Origin: Neoechinorhynchus agilis
Lineage: Eukaryota; Animalia; Acanthocephala
Length of the DNA: 64,000 nt
Direction of reading: 5' to 3'
Assembly: GCA_051530055.1 (NCBI GenBank)
Contig: CM121342.1
Span: 10,183,480 to 10,247,479, forward strand
In this document: piece by piece, positions 37,347 through 53,400 of the stretch
Layout of the letters: each line of letters opens with the position of its first letter
Position numbering within the stretch: position 1 is the stretch's first letter
The notes under the pieces: generated by a model
The model's input: only the letters and a program-made list of their open reading frames with translations
Told to the model about the DNA's origin: nothing
The model's database searches: none
Position numbers and translations under genes: made by a program

Positions 37347-37539
37347 CTAAAAATGGACGATGAAAACGAAAACACGAATAAACGAACATAAGAAACAAAC
37401 AATGTGGAGAATACGCATGCAGTCAACTAGGCAGCAGAAATAAAGCAAATGCGCACAAATTTTTTCGTAGTTTTTGCTCCTGTTTTTGTGGAGAAATTCA
37501 TAAATAACGAAGAGAAGGAAAGGGTGGTTATAGATTTTA

Positions 37540-40500
37540 ATGTGTTGCGTGCCCCACCCAAATACTCAGTTGTTTAAAAATCGTTTATCGAAGGGTGTAA
37601 TTGCGAGACTTTCAAGATTGAAAGAGAATTTCGGTATTCGTACGAAAAGAGAGGATATAATGAATAATTGCAGTTATGATTTGGTCAAGATATATTTTGG
37701 GGATTTCATGGTTTCTAGAAACTTAAACAAACACAGAGAGTTTCAGATTTTGAAGCAAATAAATACTCGACGGGTTTGTATAATATTTTTCACCAGTTCA
37801 GAAGGCATTGAACTCTTTGTGGGAATGCTTAAAGAAATTAAAGTAAAATATACGGATATATCCTGAAAAGTAACGTGTCTAAAGTTCAACTCACCACCAA
37901 ATTTCAATAAATAAGAATTTGAGGAAGTTCAAAACCTACTAAGGGTTGTTAAACCAATGAAATATCTTAGAAGAGCTAATGGACAAGATCCTTATGCCAT
38001 ATTATTGTTGGGAACAGTAGACAAGATTTGTAAATTAGAGGGACAGCAAATGGGTATTTATGCATACTTAGTTTCATTCTCAAAATCAAGAAACAAACCG
38101 TCGATTCATGATAGTCAACTTACCAAAGAAAAAATTCCTATGAATCTCCTGAAAATTCTAGTGTTCACAAGGACCCAAAAATACATGGGTCCTTTTATTT
38201 GTTAACTCACAAATAAACGTGTTATTATTACATACTAACACAGTGCACGAATTGTTCACAATGGGGACATACAATATCTCTATGTGATAAAAAACAAAGT
38301 GCCTGCTCAGGTAATCATAAAAAAGAGGTTTATAATTTCAAGGATAAGCCTAAGTGTCCCAATTGTGGAGGGGCGTATGAGTGATATAGACGTTTCTGCT
38401 CGATGGCATTAAAATATTGGAAAATGGCACGGTCATTTGAATCATCTGCTCATTTAGAATGGCAAGTGTTTAATAACTCTTTCTGTGAAATACCCTACAA
38501 TAAAATGTTGGAGGTATCTGAGGATCCGGAGGAATGTACAAACTCGTACCGGATGGTTAAGTGCATTGAGTAATTGAATTTCTACTCCGAACCAGATCGG
38601 TGGGCTTTGTGTCCAAAAATTATCAACCGTGTGATAAAAGGCCACACATTGACATAAGTTACCGGCTGGCCAATCTTCATATAAATATATTTATTTCAAT
38701 TTGTGAAGATAGTTCCCTTCCAAAATATGAAGGAATCTAAACTTTTAATAACCTATAATATATCTAGAGCTTCTAAGTTCCCGAATAATATTTTAATTGC
38801 GGGTCGGTCGTGTTAATGAAGCATTGATATTATGCTTTCAGGAAACAAATGCAGATAGACTAACTAATTGTGATCTATTTCACCCTTTTATTCTTTTACC
38901 TATTTATAATAGTAATAATAAACATAGGATTTTCGGGTGGTTTACAAACCTTTGTTAGAAGGGAGTGTAATCCGAAACTATTATTTCAAACTAAATGGCA
39001 ACAATTCGCGATTTAATCCATTAGAATTGATAACCTTCTTTCTAAAGTTCCTCATTCTAGAGTTCATCTAATTTTATGCAATCTTTACGTTGTTCCCCGT
39101 AGCATTTCTGGGTTCAAAAAATCTAAGGAAGATTGGTTCTTAAAATGGGACCCCGATATAATAATGGGTGATTTAAATTCGAATGGATTATCAGCTCTCA
39201 CTCTCTGGAATTCAAGCTATAACTTTCATGTCCCTCCCTATCCCTCATTCCATAACTTTACTAAAAATTCGCATTCTTTCCTTGATTGCACGCTAATTAA
39301 TAAAAATCTGAATTTGACTGCGATCGCAATAGGTCAATTCATGGATCAATCAAAAATGGGTGGATATCGGACCGAAATCTAGAATAATTGCTATAATGCG
39401 ACGAAAATTCTCGCCTTTAATAATGAATTATTTAATATTTTATCTAATAATAAATCTCTAGATCTTAACACGTTAAATAAAGTTACGACTGCAGCTGCAA
39501 GTCGTAATCAAACAAATTTTTATCATGCTAAAAGAAAGAGATCCTCTATGCAATCAATAATTCCTGAAATCAAAGGAAAGAAGGATGTGGACGTTTTTGG
39601 AAAGAACAATTTTTAAATGCGATTTTTTATGAAGGGATCAGAAAAGATAGAGAACAGATTATAAAAGAAAAGAAACTTTCTAAAAAAATTGGGAAAATAT
39701 TACTAAATAAGAAATGGACTGACTGGAAGATGAAGGCTGCGAAATAGATTAGCATGATCTCCTATCCCAAAGTCGTTGAACATATTTCACAACAGCATCT
39801 CTTTAGCATATCCTTTTCTCCTCCATTTTGCCTGCCGCTGATAAATCCTCCAAATGGGATTTTAGTGATATAAGCGACTTTTGGAAAGGCAGCACCTCCA
39901 GCGCTACCAATTCTTTGTCCTTCACCACAAAAGTACTTGATTTGGTTAATAATAATGTCAAGCAAATTATTATGGAAAAATTACCAAAAACTTATCATTT
40001 AACGATCTTTGTAAAGTTAGCATTGTAAGAAAAACCATTATTCCGAAAGCAAAACGTATAATTGAATCCCCAAATGACATTCGTTCCATTTTAATCCAAA
40101 ATTAAATAATATCTTTACTCGAAAAAGTATAAAATAAACATCTATTCAATTGGCTTATATTACACAAACGTAATCCTGACAATTTCCACATGTTCATCCT
40201 TGGAAGAGGAGTTAACTCATTGCTTAACCAGTTGATGTTTTTAAATAAATCTGTAAATAATGTAAATAAAATGTTAATGAAAATTGATGTAAATAAAGCT
40301 TTTGACTAGGCCGACGGTTATTTATCTATAATGTTTTTAAAGATCAACATCTTAGACCAATTCAATTCTTAATGGAATCCAAATCTTTTATGCTGGATAT
40401 TGAAATCGAATCAAATAAATTTTATTAAAAATATGGTGTTCCTCAAGGTTCACCCTAATCTCCTCCCCTTTCCTTGATTGGTATGATAAAGAAGATGAAG

Positions 40501-40900
40501 CTGATACCCAAGAGAAAAATAATCATTTTTGTATACGAGGATGATATATTTGCTAAGAGCTTATTTTTTCTACCAGTTTAAACTTAACATTAGGTAAGGC
40601 GAATTTATCCATTAACAGAAACAATTCCCTTACAAATTCAATGCCTTCTAGATCAAAAGTAAAAAAGAGTCATCGCTTGATGATGATCTCTGGGGATTGA
40701 AAATACACACAAGTACTAGAATTCCGACTATAGACTTTCCCGCAACAAAATGACGAATTTTATTAAATACAAGGCTAAGCCTTTTTTTTCTTTAAAGTTA
40801 AAAGTCTAACAAACAGAATGTTAAAATTAGGAACTGAATTGTACTAACCGTATCAAAAAATCAATGAAAATATTTAACAAATTTAACAATCGCTTCATTT
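37540..40900 (+). mobile_element. Decayed non-LTR retrotransposon (APE endonuclease + RT pseudogene, possible ORF1 remnant upstream)
   Basis: GDLN at ~39167, TIIPKAK...NDIRSI at ~40040, KIDVNKAFD* at 40280, GVPQGSP*SP at 40435 and YEDDI at ~40533, with many stops and frameshifts. Upstream ORFs 37540-38205 and KCWR at ~38500 may be ORF1 (weak). Confidence 0.8.
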
Positions 40901-41444
40901 CAACCCTCATCTTGTTCCACTGGAAAACATTTCAATTGAATAAAACCAATGATAAAAAAATGACCAGTGCCGGAGGATATTTCAACACTACTACTATTCT
41001 CAATGGCGAATAGTAACACACTCGAGTTTTATTGAAATCAATCCTTCTCAAGCATCTAAAAATGGATTTGGTGGGGGTACCTAAGTTGGTAGCCTTGACT
41101 CGGGTGCGCGGGACCATCAATCCCCGAGGTGATATTTCACCAACCCTGCGTTTCAAGGCTTCAGTCTCCTACTCAAGCATCTAAAAATAGACGCGGTAGG
41201 AGTACTTAAGTTGGAAGCCCGCGACGCGAGGTTACGTCCCCAATGCGGAGAACCCATGGAGATTTGCATATAACCACTACCATTAATCAAGAAGACGGAA
41301 TAAAAGTGTTATTTGGGCAGGCATGCATGTGATTTTCTTCCCGATCTCAAGGTACGGAGATCAGCCTCCATAAGAAGTCGATGCGGGAGAGAAGGCAAAA
41401 CGAATGTTTGAATTCATAAGATAAAATAAATATCCAATGCGCAA

Positions 41445-44400
41445 GCAAATAAGAATAAATTACAGCAAAACACAGCTACGAATAACAAATCAGACAAAAA
41501 AACATTAAGAACGCACTCGCGACAATAAACACGGGTTGGCGAATGAACATAAACGGTCACCCGCTTACGGAAACGTACGCAAATGAGAATAAATTACAGC
41601 AACACACAGCTACGAATAACAAATAAGACAAAAAACATTCAGAACGCATTCGCGATAATAAACACGAGTTGGAACATGAACATAAACGGTAACCCGCTTA
41701 CGGAAACGTACGCAAATGAGAATAAATTACAGGAACACACAGCTACGAATAACAAATAAGACAAAAAACATTGAGAACGCATTCGCGCTAATAAACCTGA
41801 GTTGGCGCATGAACATAAACGGTCACCCGGTTACGGAAACGTACGCAAATGAGAATAAATTACAGCAACACACAGCTACGAATAACAAATAAGGCAAAAA
41901 ACATTGAGAACGCATTCGCGCTAATAAACCCGAGTTGGCGCATGAACATAAACGGTAACCCGGTTACGGATACGTACGCAAATGAGAATAAATTACAGCA
42001 AAACACAGCTACGAATAACAAATAAGACAAAAAACATTGAGAACGCATTCGCGCTTATAAACCCGAGTTGGCGCATGAACATAAACGGTCACCAGGTTAC
42101 GGAAACGTACGCAAATGAGAATAAATTACAGCTACACAGAGCTACGAATAACAAATAAGAAAAAAAACATTCAGAACGAATTCGCGATAATAAACACGAG
42201 TTGGCGCATCAACATAAACGGTCACCCGGTTACGCAAACGTACGCAAATGAGAAAAAATTACAGCAACACACAGCTAAGAATAACAAATAAGACAAAAAA
42301 CATTGAGAACGCATTCGCGCTAATAAACCTGAGTTGGCGCATGAACATAAACGGTCACCCGGTTACGGAAACGTACGCAAATGAGAATAAATTACAGCAA
42401 CACACAGCTACGAATAACAAATAAGACAAAAAACATTGAGAACGCATTCGCGCTAATAAACCCGAGTTGGCGCATGAACATAAACGGTCACCCGAGTTGC
42501 AGAAACGTACGCAAATGAGAATAAATTACAGCAACACACAGCTACGAATAACAAATAAAGCAAAAAACATTGAGAACGCATTCGCGCTAATAAACCCGAG
42601 TTGGCGCATGAACATAAACAGTAACCCGGTTACGGATACGTACGCAAATGAGAATAAATTACAGCTACACAGAGCTACGAATAACAAATAAGACAAAAAA
42701 CATTGAGAACGCATTCGCGCTAATAAACCCGAGTTGGCGCATGAACATAAACGGTCACCCGGTTACGGAAACGTACGCAAATGAGAATAAATTACAGCTA
42801 CACAGAGCTACGAATAACAAATAAGAAAAAAAACATTCAGAACGAATTCGCGATAATAAACACGAGTTGGCGCATGAACATAAACGGTCACCCGGTTACG
42901 CAAACGTACGCAGATGAGAATAAATTACAGCAAAACACAGCTACGAATAACAAATCAGACAAAAAACATTAAGAACGCACTCGCGACAATAAACACGGGT
43001 TGGCGAATGAACATAAACGGTCACCCGCTTACGGAAACGTACGCAAATGAGAATAAATTACAGCAAAACACAGCTACGAATAACAAATAAGACAAAAAAC
43101 ATTCAGAACGCATTCGCGATAATAAACCCGAGTTGGCGCATGAACATAAACGGTCACGCGGTTACGGAAACGTACGCAAATGAGAATAAATTACAGCAAC
43201 ACACAGCTACGAATAACAAATAAGACAAAAAACATTCAGAACGCATTCGCGATAATAAACCCGAGTTGGCGCATGAACATAAACGGTCACCCGCTTACGG
43301 AAACGTACGCAAATTAGAATAAATACCAGAAAAACACAGCTACGAATAACAAATAAGACAAAAAAATTCAGAACGAACTCGCGATAATAAACACGAGTTG
43401 GCGCATGAACATAAACGGTCACCCGCTTACGGAAACGTACGCAAATGAGAATAAATTACAGCAACACACAGCTACGAATAACAAATAAGACAAAAAACAT
43501 TCAGAACGAATTCGTGATAATAAACCCGAGTTGGCGCATGAACATAAACGGTCACCCGGTTACGGATACGTACGCAAATTAGAATAAATACAGGAAAAAC
43601 ACAGCTACGAATAACAAATAAGACAAAAAAATTCAGAACGAACTCGCGATAATAAACCCGAGTTGGCGCACGAACATAAACGGTCACCCGGTTACGGAAA
43701 CGTACGCAAATGAGAATAAATTACAGCAACACACAGCTACGAATAACAAATAAGACAAAAAACATTCAGAACGCATTCGCGATAATAAACACGAGTTGGA
43801 ACATGAACATAAACGGTAACCCGCTTACGGAAACGTACGCAAATGAGAATAAATTACAGGAACACACATCAACGAATAACAAATAAGACAAAAAACATTC
43901 AGAACGAATTCGCGATAATATACACGAGTTGGCGCATGAACATAAACGGTAACCCGCTTACGGAAACGTACGCAAAAGAGAATAAATTACAGCAACACAC
44001 AGCTAAGAATAACAAATAAGACAAAAAACATTGAGAACGCATTCGCGCTAATAAACCTGAGTCGGCGCATGAACATAAACGGTCACCCGGTTACGGAAAC
44101 GTACGCAAATGAGAATAAATTACAGCAACACACAGCTACGAATAACAAATAAGGCAAAAAACATTGAGAACGCATTCGCGCTAATAAACCCGAGTTGGCG
44201 CATGAACATAAACGGTCACCCGGTTACAGATACGTACGCAAATGAGGAGAAAACATTACAGCAAAACACAGCTACGAATAACAAATAAGACAAAAAACAT
44301 TCAGAACGAATCCGCGATAATAAACCCGAGTTGGCGCATGAACATAAACGGTCACCTGGTTACGGAAACGTACGCAAATGAGAATAAATTACAGCTACAC

Positions 44401-47400
44401 AGAGCTACGAATAACAAATAAGAAAAAAAACATTCAGAACGAATTCGCGATAATAAACACGAGTTGGCGCATGAACATAAACGGTCACCCGGTTACGCAA
44501 ACGTACGCAAATGAGAAAAAATTACAGCAAAACACAGCTACGAATAACAAATAAGACAAAAAAAATTAAGAACGCACTCGCGATAATAAACACGAGTTGA
44601 CGCATGAACATAAACGGTCACCCGGTTACGGAAACGTACGCAAATGAGAATAAATTACAGCAACATACAGCTACGAATAACAAATCCGACAAAAAACATT
44701 CAGAACGCATTCGCGGTAATAAACACGAGTTGGCGTATGAACATAAACGGTCACCCGCTTACGGAAACGTACGCAAATGAGAATAAATTACAGCAACAAA
44801 CAGCTACGAATAACAAATAAGACAAAAAAACATTGAGAACGCATTCGCGCTAATAAACACGAGTTGGCGCATGAACATAAACGGTCACCCGCTTACGGAA
44901 ACGTACGCAAATGAGAAAAAATTACAGCAAAACACAGCTACGAATAACAAATAAGACAAAAAACATTCAGAACGAATCCGCGATAATAAACCCGAGTTGG
45001 CGCATGAACACAAACGGTCACCCGCTTACGGAAACGTACGCAAATGAGAATAAATTACAGCAAAACACAGCTTCGAATAACAAATAAGACAAAAAACATT
45101 CAGAACGCATTCGCGCTAATAAACACGAGTTGGCGCATGAACATAAACGGTCACCCGCTTACGGAAACGTACGCAAATGAGAATAAATTACAGCAACACA
45201 CGGCTACGAATAACAAATAAGACAAAAAACATTCAGAACGCATTCGCGCTAATAAACCCTAGTTGGCGCATGAACATAAACGGTCACCCGGTTACGGAAA
45301 CGTACGCAAATGAGAATAAATTACAGCAAAACACAGCTACGAATAACAAATAAGACAAAAAAACATTCAGAACGAATTCGCGATAATAAACCCGAGTTGG
45401 CGCATGAACATAAACGGTCACCCGGTTACGGAAACGTACGCAAATGAGAATAAATTACAGCAAAACATAGCTACGAATAACAAATAAGACAAAAAACATT
45501 GAAAACGCATTCACGCTAATAAACACGAGTTGGCGCATGAACATAAACGGTTACCCGCTTACGGAAACGTACGCAAATTAGAATAAATTACAGCAACACA
45601 CAGCTACGAATAACAAATAAGACAAAAAACATTCAGAACGAATTCGTGATAATAAACCCGAGTTGGCGCATGAACATAAATGGTCACCCGGTTACGGATA
45701 CGTACGCAAATGAGAATAAATTACAGCAACACACAGCTACGAATAACAAATAAGACAAAAAACATTCAGAACGCACTCGCGATAATAAACACGAGTTGGC
45801 GCATGAACATAAACGGTCACCCGGTTACGGAAACGTACGCAAATTAGAATAAATTAGAGCAAAACACAGCTACGAATAACAAATAAGACAAAAAACATTC
45901 AGAACGAATTCGCGATAATAAACACGAGTTGGCACATGAACATAAACGGTCACCCGGTTACGGAAACGTACACAAATGAGAATAAATTACAGCAACACAC
46001 AGCTACGAATAACAAATAAGACAAAAAACATTAAGAACGAATTCGCGATAATAAACCCGAGTTGGCGCATGAACATAAACGGTAACCCGCTTACGGAAAC
46101 GTACGCAAATGAGAATAAATTACAGGAACACACAGCAACGAATAACAAATAAGACAAAAAACATTCAGAACGAATTCGCGATAATAAACACGAGTTGGCA
46201 CATGAACATAAACGGTCACCCGGTTACGGAAACGTACACAAATGAGAATAAATTACAGCAACACACAGCTACGAATAACAAATAAGACAAAAAACATTAA
46301 GAACGAATTCGCGATAATAAACCCGAGTTGGCGCATGAACATAAACGGTCACCCGCTTACGGAAACGTACGCAAATGAGAATAAATTACAGGAACACACA
46401 GCTACGAATAACAAATAAGACAAAAAACATTCAGAACGCATTCGCGCTAATAAACACGAGTTGGCGCATGAACATAAACGGTCACCCGCTTACGGAAATG
46501 TACACAAATGAGAAAACATTACAGCAAAACACAGCTACGAATAACAAATAATACAAAAAACATTCAGAACGCACTCGCGATATTAAACACGAGTTTGCGC
46601 ATGAACATAAACGGTCACCCGCTTACGGAAACGTACGCAAATGAGAATAAATTACAGCAACACACAGCAAAGAATAACAAATAAGACAAAAAACATTCAG
46701 AACGAATTCGCGATAATAAACCCGAGTTGGCGCATGAACATAAACGGTCACCCGGCTACGGAAACGTACGCAAATGAGAATAAATTACAGCAACACACAG
46801 CTACGAATAACAAATAAGACAAAAAACATTAAGAACGCATTCGCGCTAATAAACACGCGTTGGCGCATGAACATGAACGGTCACCCGGTTACGGAAACGT
46901 ACGCAAATAAGAATAAATTACAGAAAAACACAGCTACGAATAACAAATAAGACAAAAAAAATTCAGAACGCATTCGCGCTAATAAACACGAGTTGGCGCA
47001 TGAACATAAACGGTCACCCGCTTACGGAAACGTACGCAAATGAGAATAAATTACAGCAACACACAGCTACGAATAACAAATAAGACAAAAAACATTCAGA
47101 ACGCACTCGCGATAATAAACACGAGTTGGCGCATGAACATAAACGGTCACCCGCTTACGGAAACGTACGCAAATGAGAATATATTTCAGCAACACACAGC
47201 TACGAATAACAAATAAGACAAAAAACATTGAAAACGCATTCGCGGTAATAAACCCGAGTTGGCGCATGAACATAACCGGTCACCCGGTTACGGAAACGTA
47301 CGCCAATGAGAATAAATTACAGCTACACAGAGCGACGAATAACAAATAAGAAAAAAAACATTCAGAACGAATTCGCGATAATAAACCCGAGTTGGCGCAC

Positions 47401-50400
47401 GAACATAAACGGTCACCCGGTTACGGAAACGCACGCAAATGAGAATAAATTACAGCAACACACAGCTACGAATAACAAATATGACAAAAAACATTCAGAA
47501 CGAATTCGCGATAATAAACCCGAGTTATCGCATGAAAATAAACGGTCGCGCGGTTACGGAAACGTACGCAAATGAGAATAAATTACAGCAACACACAGCT
47601 ACGAATAAGAAATACGACAAAAAAACATTGAGAACGCATTCGTGGTAATAAACACGAGTTGGCGCATCAACATAAACGGTCACCCGGTTACGGAAACGTA
47701 CGCAAATGAGAATAAATTACAGCAACACACAGCTACGAATAACAAATAAGACAAAAAAAAATTGAGAACGCATTCGCGCTAATAAACCTGAGTTGGCGCA
47801 TGAACATAAACGGTCACCCGCTTACGGAAACGTACGCAAATGAGAAAACATTACAGCAACACACAGCTACGAATAACGAATAAGACAAAAAACATTGAGA
47901 ACGCATTCGCGCTAATAAACCCGAGTTGGCGCATGAACATAAACGGTAACCCGGTTACGGATACGTACGCAAATGAGAATAAATTACAGCAAAATACAGC
48001 TACGAATAACAAATAAGACAAAAAACATTGAGAACGCATTCGCGCTAATAAACCCGAGTTGGCGCATTAACGCAAGCAAAGTCACCCAGTTACGGAAACG
48101 TACGCAAATGAGAATAAATTACAGCAACTTTTGTACGAATAACAAATAAGACAAAAAACATTGAGAACGCATTCGCGCTAATAAACCCGAGTTGGCGCAT
48201 TAACATAAACGGTCACCCGGTTACGGAAACGTACGCAAATGAGAATAAATTACAGCAACACACAGCTACGAATAACAAATAAGACAAAAAACATTGAGAA
48301 CGCATTCGCGCTAATAAACCCGAGTTGGCGCATGAACATAAACGGTCACCCGGTTACGGATACGTACGCAAATGAGAATAAATTGCTGCAAAACACAGCT
48401 ACGAATAACAAATGAGACAAAAAACATTGAGAACGCATTCGCGCTAATAAACCCGAGTTGGCGCATGAACATAAACGGTCACCCGGTTACGGAAACGTAC
48501 GCAAATGAGAATAAATTACAGCAAAACACAGCTACGAATAACAAATAAGACAAAAAACATTCAGAACGCATTCGCGCTAATAAACACGAGTTGGCGCATG
48601 AACATAAACGGTCACCCTCTTACGGAAACGTACGCAAATGAGAATAAATTACAGGAACACACAGCTACGAATAACAAATAAGACAAAAAACATTCCGAAC
48701 GAATTCGCGATAATAAACCCGAGTTGGCGCATGAACATAAACGGTCACCCGGTTACGGAAACGTACGCAAATGAGAATAAATTACAGCAAAACACAGCTA
48801 CGATTAACAAATAAGACAAAAAACATTCAGAACGAATTCGCGATAATAAACCCGAGTTGGCGCATGAACATAAACGGTCACCCGCTTACGGAAACGTACG
48901 CAAATGAGAATAAATTACAGGAAGACACAGATACGAATAACAAATAAGACAAAAAACATTCAGAACGAACACGCGATAATAAACACGAGTTGGCGCATGA
49001 ACATAAACGGTCACCCGCTTACGGAAACGTACGCAAATGAGAATAAATTACAGGAACACACAGCTACGAATAACAAATAAGACAAAAAACATTCAGAACG
49101 AATTCGCGATAATAAACCCGAGTTGGCGCATGAACATAAACGGTCACCCGGTTACGGGAAACGTACGCAAATGAGAATAAATTACAGCAACACACAGCTA
49201 CGAATAACAAATAAGACAAAAAAGATTCAGAACGCATTCGCGCTAATAAACACGAGTTGGCGCATGAACATAAAGGTCACCCGCTTACGGAAACGTACGC
49301 AAATGGGAATAAATTACAGCAACACACAGCTACGAATAACAAATAAGACAAAAAACATTCAGAACGCACTCGCGATAATAAACCCGAGTTGCGCATGAAC
49401 ATAAACGGTCACCCGGTTACGGAAACGTACGCAAATGAGAATAAATTACAGCAACACACAGCTACGAATAACAAATAAGACAAAAAAACATTGAGAACGC
49501 ATTCGCGATAATAAACACGCGTTGGCGCATGAACATAAACGGTCACCCGCTTACGGAAACGTACGCAAATGAGAAAAAATTACAGCAACACACAGCTACG
49601 AATAACAATTAAGACAAAAAACATTCAGAACGCACTCGCGATAATATACACGAGCTGGCGCATGAACATAAACGGTCACCCGCTTACGGAAACGTACGCA
49701 AATGAGAATAAATTACAGCAACACACAGCTACGAATAACAATTAAGACAAAAAACATTCAGAACGCACTCGCGATAATAAACACGAGTTGGCGCATGAAC
49801 ATAAACGGTCACCCGGTTACCGAAACGTACGCAAATGAGAATAAATTACAGGAACACACAGCTACGAATAACAAATAAGACAAAAAACATTCAGAACGAA
49901 CACGCGATAATAAACACGAGTTGGCGCATGAACATAAACGGTCAGCCGCTAACGCAAACGTACGCAAATGAGAAAAAATTACAGCAAAACACAGCTACGA
50001 ATAACAAATAAGACAAAAAACATTCAGAACGCACTCGCGATAATAAACACGAGTTGGCGCATGAACATAAACGGTCACCCGGTTACGGACACGTACGCAA
50101 ATGAGAATAAATTACAGCAACACACAGCTACGAATAACAAATAAGACAAAAAACATTCAGAACGCATTCGCGATAATAAACCCGAGTTGGCGCATGAACA
50201 TAAACGGCCACCCGGTTACGGAAACGTACGCAAATGGGAATAAATTACAGCAACACACAGCTACGAATAACAAATAAGACAAAAAACATTCGATATTGCC
50301 TCATGATTATCATCCGGAACGCGCATGAAACATAAACATTAGTCCTAACTGATTTACGGAAACGTACGCAAATGAGAATAAATTACAGCAACACACAGCT

Positions 50401-53400
50401 ACGAACAACAAATAAGACAAAAAAACATTGAGAACGCATTCGCGATAATAAACACGCGTTGGCGCATGAACATAAACGGTCACCCGGTTACGGAAACGTA
50501 CGCAAATGAGAATAAATTACAGCAACACACAGCTACGAATAACAAATAAGACAAAAAACATTGAGAACGCATTCGCGGTAATAAACACGAGTTGGCGCAT
50601 GAACATAAACGGTCACCCGCTTACGGAAACGTACGCAAAGTAGAATAAATTACAGCAACACACAGCTACGAATAACAAATAAGAAAAAAAAAACATTCAG
50701 AACGCACTCGCGATAATAAACACGAGTTCGCGCATGAACATAAACGGTCACCCGGTTACGGAAACGTACGCAAATGAGAATAAATTACAGCAACAAAAAG
50801 CTACGAATAACAAATAAGATAAAAACATTCAGAACGCACTCGCGATAATAAACACGAGTTGGCGCATGAACATAAACGGTCACCCGCTTACGGAAACGTA
50901 CGCAAATGAGAATAAATTACAGCAAAACAAAGCTACGAATAACAAATAAGACAAAAAACATTGAGAACGCATTCACACTAATAAAGACGAGTTGGCGCAT
51001 GAACATAAACGGTCACCCGCTTACGGAAACGTACGCAAATGAGAATAAATTACAGCAACACACAGCTACGAATAACAAATCCGACAAAAAACATTCAGAA
51101 CGCATTCGCAGTAATAAACACGAGTTGGCGTATGAACATAAACGGTCACCCGGTAACGGAAACGTACGCAAATGAGAATAAATTACAGCAACACACAGCT
51201 ACGAATAACAAATAAGACAAAAAAACATTGAGAACGCATTCGCGCTAATAAACACGAGTTGGCGCATGAACATAAACGGTCACCCGCTTACGGAAACGTA
51301 CGCAAATGAGAAAAAATTCCAGCAAAACACAGCTACGAATAACAAATAAGACAAAAAACATGCAGAACGAATTCGCGATAATAAACCCGAGTTGGCGTAT
51401 GAACATAAACGGTCACCCGGTTACGGAAACGTACGCAAATGAGAATAATTCGCTTAACACACAGCTACGAATAACAAATAAGACAAAAAACATTGAGAAC
51501 GCATTCGCGCTAATAAACACGAGTTGGCGCATGAACATAAACGGTCAGCCGCTAACGCAAACGTACGCAAATGAGAAAAAATTACAGCAAAACACAGCTA
51601 CGAATAACAAATAAGACAAAAAACATTGAGAACGCATTCGCGATAATAAACACGCGTTAGCGCATGAACATAAACGGTCACCCGCTAACGGAAACGTACG
51701 CAAATGAGAAAAAATTACAGGAACACACAGCTACGAATAACAAATAAGACAAAAAACATTCAGAACGAACACGCGATAATAAACACGAGTTGGCGCATGA
51801 ACATAAACAGTCACCCGGTTACCGAAACGTACGCAAATGAGAATAAATTACAGCAACACACAGCTACGAATAACAAAAGATCCAAAACATTGAGAACGCA
51901 TTCGCGATAATAAACGCGTTAGCGCATGAACATAAACAGTCACCCGCTTACGGAAACGTACGCAAATGAGAAAAAATTACAGCAACACACGGCTACGAAT
52001 AACAATTAAGACAAAAAACATTCAGAACGCACTCGCGATAATAAACACGAGTTGGCGCATGAACATAAACGGTCACCCGGTTACCGAAACGTACGCAAAT
52101 GAGAATAAATTACAGGAACACACAGCTACGAATAACAAATAAGACAAAAAACATTCAGAACGAACACGCGATAATAAACACGAGTTGGCGCATGAACATA
52201 AACGGTCAGCCGCTTACGAAAACGTACGCAAATGGGAATAAATTACAGCAACACACAGCTACGAATAACAAATAAGACAAAAAACATTCAGAACGCACTC
52301 GCGATAATAAACCCGAGTTGCGCATGAACATAAACGGTCACCCGGTTACGGAAACGTACGCAAATGAGAATAAATTACAGCAACACACAGCTACGAACAA
52401 CAAATAAGACAAAAAAACATTGAGAACGCATTCGCGATAATAAACACGCGTTGGCGCATTAACATAAACGGTTACCTGCTTACGGAAACGTGCGCAAATG
52501 AGAAAAAATTACAGCAAAACACAGCTACGATTAACAATTAAGACAAAAAACATTCAGAACGCACTCGCGATAATAAACACGAGTTGGCGCATGAACATAA
52601 ACGGTCACCCGGTTACCGAAACGTACGCAAATGAGAATAAATTACAGCAACACACAGCTACGAATAACAAATAAGACAAAAAACATTGAGAACGCATTCG
52701 CGGTAATAAACCCGAGTTGGCGCATGAACATAAACGGTCACCCGGTTACGGAAACGTACGCCAATGAGAATAAATTACAGCAAAACGCAGCTACGAATAA
52801 CAAATAAGAAAAAAAAACATTCAGAAAGAATTCGCGATAATAAACCCGAGTTGGCGCATGAACATAAACGGTCACGGTTACGGAAACGTACGCAAATGAG
52901 AATAAATTACAGCAACAAAAGCTACGAATAACAAATAAGATAAAAAACATTCAGAACGCACTCGCGATAATAAACACGGATTGGCGCATGAACATAAACA
53001 GTCACCCGCTTGAAACGTACGCAAATGAGAATAAATTACAACAACACACAGCTACGAATAACAAATCCGACAAAAAACATTCAGAACGCATTCGCGGTAA
53101 TAAACACGAGTTGGCGTATGAGCATAAACGGTCCGCATGAGCATAAACGGTCACCCGGTAACGGAAACGTACGCAAATGAGAATAAATTACAGCAACACA
53201 CAGCTACGAATAACAAATAAGACAAAAAAACATTGAGAACGCATTCGCGTAATAAACACGAGTTGGCGCATGAACATAAACGGTCACCCGCTTACGGAAA
53301 CGTACGCAAATGAGAAAAAATTACAGCAAAACACAGCTACGAATAACAAATCCGACAAAAAACATTCAGAACGCATTCGCGGTAATAAACACGAGTTGGC

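Noticed and set aside
50285-50355. Unique-looking segment inside the 133-bp satellite (also 48065-48135)
   Set aside because: It preserves unit length and fragments of the unit; most likely a low-quality consensus rather than an insertion.
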